The position numbers and the translations under genes were made by a program. From Cenococcum geophilum (Eukaryota), in assembly GCA_050273025.1 (NCBI GenBank), contig CP158635.1, forward strand, positions 23,994,001 to 24,058,000: DNA of 64,000 nt. The letters run 5' to 3'. This document shows, piece after piece, positions 51,501 through 64,000 of the stretch. The stretch's first letter is position 1. Each line of letters begins with the position of its first letter. The notes below the pieces were generated by a model. That model saw nothing but the letters and a program-made list of their open reading frames with translations. It was not told the origin of the DNA and ran no database searches.

Positions 51501-54500
51501 CTATACGCTAAACTATTAAAATGTATCTTTTATACTAAGAACGTTGAGTTCCTAGGCTTTATTATTACCCCTAGGGGTATTATAATAGACCCTAACCGCG
51601 TAAAAGCTATTAAGAAATAGCCTAAGCCTAAGTCCTATAAGGATATCCAGGTCTTCCTTAGCTTTACTAACTTCTATAGGCGATTTATTTAAAACTACTT
51701 GGATACCGTATACCCCCTATACGCATATCTTATATAGGCATATCGCGACCTAACGTTAGATAGGGAGAAGAAGAAGAAGCGTAAGTTAAAAGGGCCTATT
51801 AAATAGTATTAACCCTGGTCCTGGCCTGATAACGCGTAGTAGGCGTTCTATAAGCTACGCGCTGCGTTTATATAGGCTCCTCTACTTCGCCACTTCGACC
51901 CTAATTTACCCCTAATGGTGATTACTAACGCTTCCGATTATACCTATAGCGGTATACTTCTACAGCCTTTAGGGTAGGGAGATTAACTCCACTAGCACCT
52001 AATTACTTATTATAGTTAGAAGCTTACTAGCCTAGAAGTACGGTATAATACGCATAATAAAGAACTACTCGCTATAGTGCAATGCTTTAAGACGTGGCGC
52101 TATTACCTTAAATACGCCGCGTATATAACGCGCGTGCTCTACGATTATAATAATCTTAGGTACTTTATAACTACTAAGAGCTTATCTGCTCGCTAGGCCT
52201 AGTACGCTAAGGAACTAGCTAAGTTCGATTTTAAGATTAAATATAAGCTAGGTAAGATAAATCCTATTAATATACTATCCTGGCGCCTGGATTATACTAA
52301 AGGCTTTAAAAATAGTAGTAAGAGAATAATCCTTGATACTATACTGCCTATATTATAGTAAAAGTTGCGGGTTATAGGCCTTGTGGGCGGCCCTAATGCT
52401 ATTATATTAAACTAGCGAGTAGCATACGTGCAGTATGCGAGCGACCCTTGTAAACTTGGCGCCGGCGGACTAGAGCGTCCTGCTATTCTCTCTAAGACTA
52501 CTCTAACTAACCTGATAGCGCTTAACCCTAGGGAAGACCCCTTAGCCTAGGCTACAGTCCCCTATAATGACCCGGCGAGTCACCTATATATTATACGTTA
52601 CTTTGCTAGCACCAACTTTGCGCAGAGTCTCGTGCTACGGTAAGAAGCAGTAGTAGCTGCTTTAGCCGAAACGGCGTTTATAGAATAACCCCCTAAGTCA
52701 CTAGTTAATTTTATTTGTAGAGTATAAAAAAGGGACGCCTTTATACGCTTTATATATAATTAGTTAACCTAGGAATAAGTTTTTGCCGGTAATAAGGACT
52801 ATACCCTTAATAATTAAGGACTCCTAAGATAAAATAATAAGGTCTAGGTGCTAAATTATATACTACTATAATAGGAGATCCTTAAGCGGAATTATAACAA
52901 TCCTATAGGCGGCCACTATGGTTTTAACTATACCTTTAAGGTAATCGCGCGAAAGTACGCTTAGAACGGCCTTATTTAGGACTTTTGCAAATACCTAGAT
53001 AATTATAATACCTACTAACGCTCTAAATTACGCCACTATAAACCCTATAGTGAGTTGTAGCCTCTTTAGGCCCCCACCTAAGCCTAGCGGCATTATTTAC
53101 TTAACTTTATTACGGATTTCCTAGAGTCCAAGACTCCTAATGGCGTAGAGTATAACTCCGTCCTTATCCTTATAGACCGTTTTATAAAGCTAGTACGCTA
53201 TTATCTAGTACGTAAGATAATTAATGCTACGCAACTCGTAGAACTCTTATTTAGAGTCTTTGCGTAAATAGGGCCTCTAGATAATATCGTCTTTAATAGG
53301 GGTAGTGTATTTATAAGCAAGTACTAGAGCACTATATGCTACTATCTCCGCATTTAACGTAAACTTAGCACTATATTCTACCTATAGATAGATAGTTAAA
53401 CGGAGCGTTAGAACTAGGAGCTTAAGGTATACCTACGTATATTTACGAACTGGGAATAGTCTAATTGGGCCTCCCTACTTAAAGAAGTAGCCTTTGCCTA
53501 TAACTCTAAGGTCTATACCATAACGAAGCGTTCCCCTATTAAGCTCGCCTATGGCTAGCTGCTAAACGTCCTAAATAGAGTCCTGGACGGCATCTAAGAC
53601 GCCTAGTAAGGTAGGGAGGGGTCTAAGTTAATAAATGTTGAACTTATAGAGACGTATCTATAACGCCTGCGCCTTATATATAAGGTAGCGACGGCGTCAA
53701 TAATGCACGCCTAATAGCTTTAGGTAAAATACTATAATCGTCACCACCTAGCTAAGCATTTCGCCGTTAGTGAACGAGTCCTACTCTCCTCTAAGAATAT
53801 CCGCATAAAACGTCCCTATAAAAAGCTTAACTATAAGTTTATAGGACCGTTTTAGATCCTAGAGCGTGTAGGGTAGTAAGTATATAAGCTAGAGCTTCTA
53901 CCTATTATAGTACGGCTCCACCTAGTCTTCTATATCTCCTTACTAGAGCCTTATAGGTCACGCCCTGGGTTTTAACCCCCGGTAGTGGAAGAGCTTAAGA
54001 AAGGCAGCTGGGAAGTAAAAGTAATCGTCGCCTACTAGGATCGTGCTAAATAACCGCAGTACCTTATTAAATGGCTAGGATGGCTAAATAAGTATAATAA
54101 ATAGAAATATAAGACAGAACTTAAGAATTATTAATAACTGCTAGATGAGTACTGTAAGCGGAATACCCTAGCCTTATAGCTGAAGCGTAGGCGAAAAGCA
54201 AGCGCCGCTATTAAAATATAACCTGTATTAAAGCGGAATAGAGGATGTCTAAAGGGATTAAAGAATAAGCAATGATTGCTATAACTTATAGGTGAGGTCA
54301 CGGCGTATACTAGCAATAAAGCTTAATTTAAAAAGCACCCTTCCTAAACCTAGTCCGTTACTCTATACTAGCTAGGTAGATTGCTTATATATTAGAGAAT
54401 AGGCCTATTTATAACCGGGGTCTATTTAACTGGGGTTTACAACCTACTAGTAACCTGTTGGTAGTAACCTGTACCAATAACTTATACTATTTTATATATA

Positions 54501-55346
54501 TACTATGTAGATAACGCATAAGGCTAAAACATAGGTCAGTGGCGGGTCTAATAGGTATATAGCCTTACCGTCCTAATCTGGCTGTATGTAAATAACCTAT
54601 AACCTACCCGCAAAGTATATACGGCGCTACGCCGGTATAGCATAAGGCCAAAGCAGGGTCAGCGGCGGATTTAATAGGTATATAGCCTTACTGTCTATAA
54701 ATCTGGCTATATGCAAATAACCTATGACTTACCCACGAGGTACTAGCGACCTACCGACGTAAGCGAGCTCTAGAATATTTCTAGTCTACTGAATTTAGGT
54801 AATAGTATTGAGCTCCACTAGCTCTACCTATTAAATGGACTAATTAGGATTTTCTATACCGGGTATATAAAATTGCTACTAGCTCGGTTAAATGTGGGGG
54901 AGTCCCAGCAAGGCAAATCTAACTAATTAGATAACTTTAACCGCCGGTTAAAGTTCCTTAATATCTTCGCGCCGCACATATGTACTACCTGTCTCTTTAT
55001 ACACAAAATTAAGACGCTCTTTCCCCTCTAAATTTTTTCCTTACTAAGGTTTTTTATGGGGTTTTATTAAGGCTTAAGCATATAAAGGATTGGGGACGAC
55101 CCTTTTTAAAGGGGGGGGCATTGTTAGGTAAAACCTAAGTAGATAGTTATATAGCTGTAAGGTATAGGCGACCCTAGGGCAACCTAGGGGTGACTTGCCC
55201 ATAAGGCACGTGCTCTGTACGTGCCTAGGGAAAACCCTTCCTACCTCGCATATAGACTTCTCCTTTTCCCCTAAGGATTCGTCTCTGTCTATATAATATA
55301 CCTATTGTTCTATTATTGGACTCCCTATCTATATCCTTACCTTATA
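48507..55346 (+). mobile_element. Gypsy family E chromovirus-type element, full length, RIP-inactivated
   Basis: 225-bp LTRs at 48507-48731 and 55122-55346; TSD ACCCG (48502-48506, 55347-55351). Gag MPPKRKLTP at 48784, RT VYLDNILI (~51410), RNase H, integrase, chromodomain WEVKVIVA..YLIKWLGW (~54010-54085); PPT AAAGGGGGGGGCAT. Confidence 0.92.
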
Positions 55347-58301
55347 ACCCGATTTTAAATAGGTAGATAGCTATAAAATATTAGCGCTAAGTATATATAG
55401 GATATATTATAAACGTGCTAGATTAATATATACCTAGGCCCCTTAGATATAATTATATATAACGCAGAAAAGAACTTCATTAGTAGAGAGTTTAAGTAAT
55501 ATACGGTTAATATGGGCACTACTATAAAGGGCGTACCGGTTAAAGCTTATAACTTAATTAGTATAGTAAAGCGTTACTACGGCCCTTTACAACGTATATA
55601 TTATATTATTACCTCCAAGATACTAGGAATTAATAAGGATATAGCACTGTAAATAGCCTTTAAAGCAATTAATAACTCCGTAGGACTAGACGGTATAATA
55701 CCTATACTGTTAGTATTTAGAGCGTATCCCTAAATAACAGAGTCCGATATACCTTTACCTATAGTAACGTAGCGTGTAATTACACTTAAGAAAGCTATAG
55801 AGGAAGTAAAGAAAATATAAGCGGAACGCTAGGTTGCAGATGCACTTAATATACGCAATAGCCCTAACACTACCACAATTTATAATCTACCCCTTAACTC
55901 TTTAATACTGGTCTAAAGAGAAGGCAATATAGGACAACCTAGATATTGGGTAGAACTATATAACCTACTAAATATTAAAGAAGAAATATATACTGTTAGC
56001 CTACCTAGCGGCCCTATAAAATTCCATAGTACTATTATTAAACTATACTTAATAGACCCTAAATATACTTAGGCCGAAGACATTTAAGCTAATAGCACCT
56101 AAGTTAATAATATCTAAATTAATAGCATTTAACCTACTATAGAAACCGTCTCTATACAGAAACCGTCCCTTACTAAAACTAAAGAAGTATAACTACCCTA
56201 CTAAGGAAAAGGAAGACCCCGCAAGTATCCCCCTTATATTAATACTGCCGACATCACTGTATTCTTATAAGAGGATAGTAATAATAAGTAGTTTAAACCG
56301 TCCCGTTAAAAGGAAATTATAGAACTAATTAAAAAGGGCGTATTTAAGATAATTAACCCTTAGGATATACCCGTAGGAACCAGAATCTTTAACTTACAAT
56401 TTATAGATAAGATTAAGAACCCTAGTACTGATAAAGCCTTTAAGAAATTAAGACTCGTTGTCTAAGCGTATAACGATTTTAAAAAAGGTATTGTACTAAC
56501 CTAGTTACTTACTATTTAATAAGTTAGCCAACGCCTTATTTTATACATCGCAGCGATACTATAAGGCAACGGTATATAGTTATACCTATAAGATATCTCC
56601 TAGGCGTATGTCTAGTCTCTTATAAAGCTAAATTAAGACTTTTATATCCGACCACCTTACGAACTAGGAAGCCTGCTAGGTATTGGGAAGAACTCGATCC
56701 TAAAGATAATTAAGCCTTTATATAGTATCCTAGAAGCAGGCAATTACTAGTTTATAATCTACTATAATTATTATATTAAGGAATTAAATATAAACTTATT
56801 AACGTATGACCCTTATCTCTTATGGAGTAACACTCCTAACTACTTTAGTATTATTGGCCTTTAAACTAACAATACTTTCTTCTTAGCTAATACTACTTTT
56901 ATAGACGCGGAGCAATAGTAGCTAAAAAAGGCTTACTTTTTTATAAAAGAGCGCGAGCAACTTATAGTTAAATAGCCACTTAAGTTTAATAGATATATTA
57001 TTTAACTCTCTTAGAAAGGTAATATTATAATAACCTAGGAACGCTAGTGTAAGAACCTAAATACGGTCTACCCTAGCAAAGTAACCACAACTATAAGCTT
57101 AAGAGGTATAGTCTATAATGCACTAACTATAAAGGAATAATACGTTGCGTAACGTGTAAGAGGTATATATATTGCCTCTATATGTTAACTAGAAGCTTCC
57201 TTTAATCTCTCTTTTACCGCCTAGGTAATTAACCCTAAAAAGGAAGATATTATAGCACTTAATAAATAACTATAATTGCAAATTAATAACCCAATAAGAG
57301 GCCTTATATTTATTAAACTAGACATTAATATATTACGTCTACTCGCTTTTACTAACGCCTTACTCGCTAATAATAAAGACCTCTTATTATAAATAGGATA
57401 TATACTAGTATTAGAGGACGCATTATATAAGGCTAATATTATTTACTAGTTATTAATTAAGTGCAAAAGAGTTATTAGAAGCATACTAGCCTTAAAACTC
57501 TATATAATAGCCTATGGATTTAATATCGGCGCCGCAATTAAGTTAACTGTTAAACAACTCCTACAGATCGAACTTCTACTCGTACTTTACACTAACTTAA
57601 AATTACTCTATAAATATTTTGTTAAGCTAGGCACTATATAAGAGAAACGTCTTATAATAGACGTTATATATCTTTATTAATTATATAAGCGCAAAGAGAT
57701 TACGGAAGTTAAGTAGATTAATAGTAATAGCAATCCTACTAACTCGATAACTAAGAGTAAGGTATTTACGGCTCTTAAGAAGTTAATTAATACTAATTAC
57801 TTAGAACTGTAGACTATGGAGTAGGTTAAATAAATAAACTTAGATTTAGCTTAGCGTTATAACGGTTCTAGGGCACGCCACCTGCTATATTCTACGGACC
57901 CTAAGTCTAACTAGCTAATTAGGATTTTCCATCCCTGGGATAGAAAATCGCTATTAGCTCACTTAACACTAGCGCCTTGGCGGCCCTTACGATATATCCA
58001 CCTACTACCCAACAATTCTTCTTAATCCCCTTCTTAGTTTAATATCTTTACTATTGCGAAAGAGGTTCTATTGGTTTTCTAGTATTTAAAGAGTTGCTAG
58101 TATTAGAATACAGGAATAGACAAAGGAGATAGCACGGCTGGTAGTTATTTATTTCACGTATTATATATATAGAGCACGTAAACTACGCGAGACGCGTATA
58201 TATTATTAAACACTATACTATAAAATAGAACCTTAAGAATCCAACTATATACTGCACTGTACATATATTACGTCTATTGCACCGTATTAAAGTATCCTAA
58301 T

Positions 58302-61300
58302 AGTAGCCTCCTAATATATATAATAGATCCTTAAATTAATCTCTATACTACTCTTTTAGTTTAATCCTTTACTATACCTACTTCCTATAAGAGAAGAGGA
58401 AGTGCTATATTAATTCTATAAACCTATAGTTATATAACGCCATCTCTAATATATTAATTTTATAGAGATATTCTTTTAGAAATAACTTGCCGGTCTATAG
58501 CTATATAAAAATAGTAGTTTTTAAGCTAATTAGCTACTAGTATAATCCTATAGCCTTTCTAAAGTAAAGTATTACGTTAATATTTTTTATAAACTTACCT
58601 ATATTAGATCTTTCTGCTAAAAGCGGTCCTATTATTATCTTAGCTTTTTTTAAGGCTTACGTTATAAGGTACTATAAAAGGCCGTCTTTCTATAGTAGCT
58701 CTTTACTCTCTAGTCTTATTACTGCTTTAGTAAGCTTATTAGCCTTTTTATTTCTTATAAATCCTAAATAGCCTAGAATCTAGTATAACGTAATATTATT
58801 TAGCTAAAGCTTTTTTTAAATCTCTATAACTATTTTCTAGTAGGCTCTAGCTCTCTAACTTTATACTAATAATAACGCTAATTATAAGTTAGAGAATATT
58901 CTTATACTAAAGGTAGGTATTAGAAAACCTATTTAGTTAATAGCCGTATATATAGGGTTTTACGACTAGCTAGCTACCTTACTAATTACTAAAAGCTTTA
59001 TAAGGTAGGCGTTAGCCTAATTAAAGCTTACCACCGTTTTTAAAAGTGTTGCTTTAGATAGTATAGTATATACGCTAACTCTTGCCCTATTATTGCGCAC
59101 TAATATATTAACGTATATATTAACCTGCCCTAGCTTATAGTCTTTAATAATAGCTTAAGTATACTCTTTGTCCTTATATATTACTATATTAGGCTTAGCT
59201 ATTTATAGCGGGTATATATATAGTTAAACCTCTAGTATCTTATTTATCTAAATGCCTTTATATATCTCTACTATCCTTTAAAGTGGCGATTAGTACTATT
59301 TATAGAGCCTCTATCTTTAAATTATCTAATAAGGATATAATTTGCCTAGTTTATAGACTAATACCTAGAATATAATGGCCTGGTTATATAGCCTTTACTT
59401 AAAAAAGAGTAGGCTAGCTTTTACTTTTATTATTAATAGGGTAATAGTGCGGAACCCCCTAATAATAGCTTATACTATAATCCTTTGCGCCTATTAAAGA
59501 AACTATATTAACTTTTATATTGTAAGCGGGTACTATATTAGTAACGCGTAGTTTACTACTAGTAAGACTAAGCTTTTAGCTAGCTACTTAACGCTTTTAA
59601 ACTATAGTCCCTTTAATCTGCGCAACGCTAGCACTACCTTAGTAGCTTTACTTACCTTATTTACTAGGTATGCCTTAAACTATAACTTCTTATTAAGGAT
59701 TACCCTAAGGATTTTAACTTCTTATATTAGGGGGATTTCTTTTCCTTTAAATTAGAGTAGCGTGGTAGTATCCCTACCTACTTCTTTATATTTAGTAAGG
59801 TAAATAAATAATGTTTTCTTTACTTTAAATCAAGCTCTACTAGTTCTTTCCTATTTTTTAAGTATTAGTATAATCTTGCCCTAAATAATCTATATATTTT
59901 CCTCTACTATAGGGCCTATAATTTATACTAAGTAGTTATTAATAAAGGCTATAGAGCTATTATTTCTAGGTGCGCTTTATATATGTTGGTCACACAGGGT
60001 GACTCACTAATAACGACTACTCGAGTAGGGTTACAGTGATGTTGGTTGATAAAGCTTTTTTTGATTGGAATGAGGAAGGGCGAGGAGCTTAAGGCTCCTC
60101 GCCACGCTAGTGCCGCGGCGACACGTGACGACCGCTTGCCTCATTCCCGACAATATAAGGTCCGCGTTAAAGAATAAAAAGAGTATTAAGGCTAGTGCTA
60201 ATCCCTATAGAAGACCTGCCTATAGAAGCGCCTATACCTTTAATATATATTTATTAACTAGAATATAGGCCTAATAGTTTATATAAAAGTTCTATACCTA
60301 TTATATAATTATCTAAGGTATTTAACACTGCTATAATCTCCTAATTTCTAGCTTTATAGCTATATTGTTATACACACCCTTAATATTAAATAATACTAGG
60401 GAGAGCTTCTTTTTTCTTTTTATACTCTAAATACGTTTTTATAAAGATATAATAGTATATATTATATTAACCTTTGCTTTCTAGCTCTAAAGTATATCTT
60501 AAGTAATAGGCTATATTCCTCTACTAGGTATACTATTCTCTTTACTACTAGTAATTTAAGTGCTTTTTCTAGCGTTAGAAGGAGAGAGATTAGCCTATAG
60601 TTATTTACTACCGTATAGTCCCCCTACTTTAGCTTCTATAGTAATATAATCTTTACTACTTTCTATTTTTAGGGTACCTTCTCTGTCTTAAGTAATTTAA
60701 TAAAGAGAGTAGTAATCTTACCGCTTAGTACGGGCTATAGCTCTCGCTATACTCTAGCTAGTAGGCCATCCCTTTTAAAAGCCCTATTTAGGCTTACCCT
60801 AAATATAGCTGCCTTAACCTTATATTTAGTAATAGGCTTTTATAGTAATTAGTTATATCTAGCCGTATCCTCTTTCTTTTATTTATATAGTGGTAGGACT
60901 AGAAAAAATACCTAAAGTAGATCTTTTGTAATATTATAATTCTTTATAATAACCTCTCCCTATCCTTTAGCCTTTTTAATTAGTAGTATTCTAGTAAACG
61001 TGGATATATTTTATAGATTAAGGTATTTTAACGCTTTTTATATATTATTACTACTATTAAGGAATTCGTTCTAATAGAGCTTTCTATATTACTAAATAGT
61101 CTAATAAAAAAGCTTCTTTGCTCTTACTATAATATTATATAGTTTAGGGTTATCCCTTTCTTATCTCTATATTATACTATTTTTATTTCTTTAGTATATA
61201 TATAACTTCCTTAACGTTATAAGGTCTTTATTCTACCATCTTTTTATATATAATAATAGCTTAGCCTACTAATAGTATGCTTTAAGGGCTTTGTTAATTT

Positions 61301-63699
61301 ACCTATTAAAATAGTTAACTATTTTATCTATATCTTTTATAAAAAATCTTATCTCTTTTTATTGCTCTATACTCCCTTAAATCTTATACTAGTTTATATT
61401 TTTAATAAGCAGCCTTTTCTAACTCTTTTATATATTTATGTTAACCTAAAAGCTAGTATAGATGGCTTTATAGTCTAATTTATACTTATATTTCTAAATA
61501 GCGTACTTTACTAGTTTACTTACTAGGCCCAGGGTTATAAGTATAAGGTTAATTATTAATATTCGCCCCGCGTCGCTCTTAAATATAAATACCCCTACTA
61601 GAAGTAGGCTTTAGAGTAACTAGTCCGCTATAAAGTTAATAATTAGCGCGCTTTCTTTCTATATTAATATAGTACTAATATAACTTCCTTCCTATAGTAG
61701 ATTATGCCGATTAAAGTTACTTATAATTACTACCTTAGTATATGGGTTACGTAATAGTTTACCCTAAATTAGACTATTAATTATCTTTAGCCTACTAAAG
61801 AGCTCCTCTAGGTTCTCTTCCTTAGTTTTTCTTAAATATTTATTTAGAATATATACCGATATAATTATAAGTCTCCTTTAGCTAACGTGCGCTACTACTA
61901 CTATAATGCCTACTAAATTTACCTATAGCTATATAGCTGCTAGCTCTTTAAATGCCTAAATATATAACCTAACTAAGGAAAACTGCTACTTTCTATTTAT
62001 TAGGATAAACCTTATTTATTAGGGATTTAAGCTAGCTAGTACTACTTCCTAATTTAAAAGAAAGCAGTAAGGCTTCTAACCTAAAATAAGGTAGAAGTCC
62101 GCTAGCGCTTTATTATTATATAGTGTATACTATACTTCTTTATACTTTTTTATATTTACCTAAAGGATCTAGAGTTCTCTATTTATAGTACTATTATATA
62201 AAAATCCTATCTATCTCTTTCCTATATACTAGGTATTTATAATATAAGGCTTAGTAAGGACCCTAGTAGTTTATACAGTATAGGTTAACCGTCTTATACC
62301 GGAAATAGCCTTCCCGCCTATATATTTTGCACGTATTAGGTTATATATAGTTTTTAGCCCTATATTTAAACCTTTTATATTTATAGTGTGCTATAGAGGT
62401 ATATCTCTTCTTAAATAGTAATATAATAATCGCACTTTCCCTAAATAATACGTTGTTTGATATAAGTAGCTTCTTTATATCCTTTTTTATTACTACTTTA
62501 TTAATTACTAATATATACTAGCCGCGTGGCCTTAGTTATTTAAGCTATCTTATTATATATACCTTTATACTATTCTTTATCCTAAAGCGCTTTATAGCTT
62601 ACTTACTTACTTTTCTACTATTAATATCTATTGCTAGATGTACTTTAACCTAGTTTACTTTAACTACGTACTATTTAGGTCTAATAAGTTTCGCCCTAAG
62701 GATATACGGTTTAAGCTACTAGGTAGTTATCTACCTAAATATAGCCTTAATATCCTTTTTTACTAAGAATTTAATAATGCTTGCGCTATTACTTATTTAC
62801 TATACGTGGAAGTCCTTAAGTATAGCTCCTATAAGCCTCTTAATCTCCTTTATACCTTATATAATAGTGTATTTTACTACTTTAGTGGTAGCTACCTTCT
62901 TTATTACCTTCTTACCTACTTAGCTAATATCTATTACTAGCTATTAATTAGGTTCCTTAGAGTTCCTAGTATTTATTATTTATAATAGGGTCTCCCCTAA
63001 CCCTACTATACCTTTACTAGCCGCTACTATTACCTATAATTATATTAGAGCTAAGGGCGTATTTAGTTACGCTTATAGGGATTAAATAGCCTCTTAAAGT
63101 TTGGCGTTTTACTTCTTAAAGCTTTACTATTCCAATTTAATATCTATAAGGTTATTTCTAATACTCTTAATAATATTATTCTGGCTTATAATAATATTAC
63201 TTTATAGTACTATAGTTTCTTTAAGGCTTTTAATAAGTTAACTAACTTTATTAAAATTAATACCCCTTCCTTTATATTTAGGCAAGGTTGCTATAGAGAA
63301 TAGCAGTAGTATATTCTGCGTAGCTTATAGTATAGTTTATAATATAGTTTATAGTGCGGTTATTTACTATTTATATTACGCTAATTATTAAGCTTATATC
63401 CTTAGTAACTATTAAGCCTCTAGCACCTTCGCGCTTGGTTTCTTTATACATCCTTTTAGTAGAGCCGCTGGCGGGTTTAAAGGTGGTATTACTAATACGC
63501 GCTTAGGGGTTAAAGTAGCCATTAGGGCTTTAGGGCTTTGTTTAGTGGGCCGTAGGGGCCGCCTTATAGTAGAAACTAGCTAAATAAAAGACTAGGATTT
63601 GATTAAAAGAATATCCAAGATAAATATCCTCCTCTTTTAAAAGTTTTTTCGCCCCTCTAATCCGTTACAGTTTGCATTACATATAGGATATAAGGGTAT
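58302..63699 (-). mobile_element. Tad-like LINE (ORF1, AP endonuclease, RT, RNase H) lacking its 3' end here, RIP-mutated
   Basis: Minus-strand remnants: endonuclease start near 62170, GDFNRH-like motif at ~61705-61725, RT LFFNADL..AFI(D)(D)Y around 59930-60180, RNase H 58500-59150. Confidence 0.82.
59984..60152. mobile_element. Solo LTR (169 bp) in the LINE RT region
   Basis: TGTTGG...CCGACA termini; TSD ATATA (59979-59983, 60153-60157); little RIP. Confidence 0.85.
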
Positions 63700-63712
63700 T
63701 ATCTCTGTTAAC

Positions 63713-64000
63713 GTATATATGTATATATATATATTCTATTATAGCTATATACTATCTATAGTATAGGCCGTTACAGAGCACTAACTAAATACTTCCTACT
63801 ATTAATATGTATGCTCCCGTTTAGAAGCCAACTATAAAAATTATATATCTATTACCTAACACTATACTTAACTAAGGAAATAAAGGAAAGTAATACATTA
63901 CTATTAAAAGAAAGTTAGAGTTTAAAGGCGAGCCTAAGTAAGTATTTATCGACGCCTTGTGTCCGTAGAACTATTCCAGCGTTATACGCTTCTTAATTGG
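63713..64000 (-). mobile_element. 3' tail and 3' end of another copy of the same Tad-like LINE (continues beyond the window)
   Basis: Homologous to 27871-28145; (GTAT/ATAT)n tail on +. Confidence 0.8.

Larger units (their letters stand above)
42250..58245 (+). mobile_element. GalEa-like Ty1/Copia retrotransposon, RIP-mutated, interrupted by two Gypsy E copies
   Basis: Gag-like KAFPTMLK (~43460), protease-like IINTRASKRS (~44435), integrase NAEKNFISREF..VKRYYGPL (55460-55590), RT RIFNLQFIDKIK..LRLVV*AYND (56380-56480), RNase H to ~57830. Purine tract AAAGAGTTGCTAG then a probable 3' LTR from 58101. The 5' LTR is not resolved and boundaries are approximate. Confidence 0.75.

Noticed and set aside
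63600..63699. A second HDV-like ribozyme at the 5' end of the Tad-like LINE
   Set aside because: No P1/P3/L3 pattern could be parsed, even allowing for RIP.
1..64000. Starship (tyrosine-recombinase giant transposon) as the carrier of the tyrosinase
   Set aside because: No DUF3435 captain or other hallmark gene is recognisable in this window; it could lie outside.

Overview
This is filamentous-ascomycete (Pezizomycotina-type) genomic DNA: an AT-rich block of nested transposons degraded by RIP (strong TpA excess, C>T/G>A changes between related copies, TE reading frames full of TAA/TAG). It holds one clearly intact host gene, an 8-exon tyrosinase (32048-34359, +, about 650 aa), in a ~4.7 kb GC-balanced island. 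Target-site duplications (TSDs) resolve most of the nesting: Gypsy family A (6491-26527) contains a second A copy, a family B Gypsy, MITEs and solo LTRs; there is a Copia (36611-42109), a GalEa-like Copia carrying two head-to-head family E Gypsies, and Tad-like LINE pieces. The most notable observations: (1) a ~1 kb non-coding, TSD-flanked retroposon (26850-27860, -) whose first nucleotide starts an HDV-like ribozyme fold with an unusual GU/AC P1.1; (2) a 2.2 kb TSD-flanked LINE derivative encoding only ORF1; (3) the tyrosinase island lies in a 29 kb block between ~877 bp direct repeats of LINE sequence; (4) a hairpin module shared by the 3' UTRs of unrelated Gypsy and Copia families. All calls were made by eye; no alignment, folding or database search was run.
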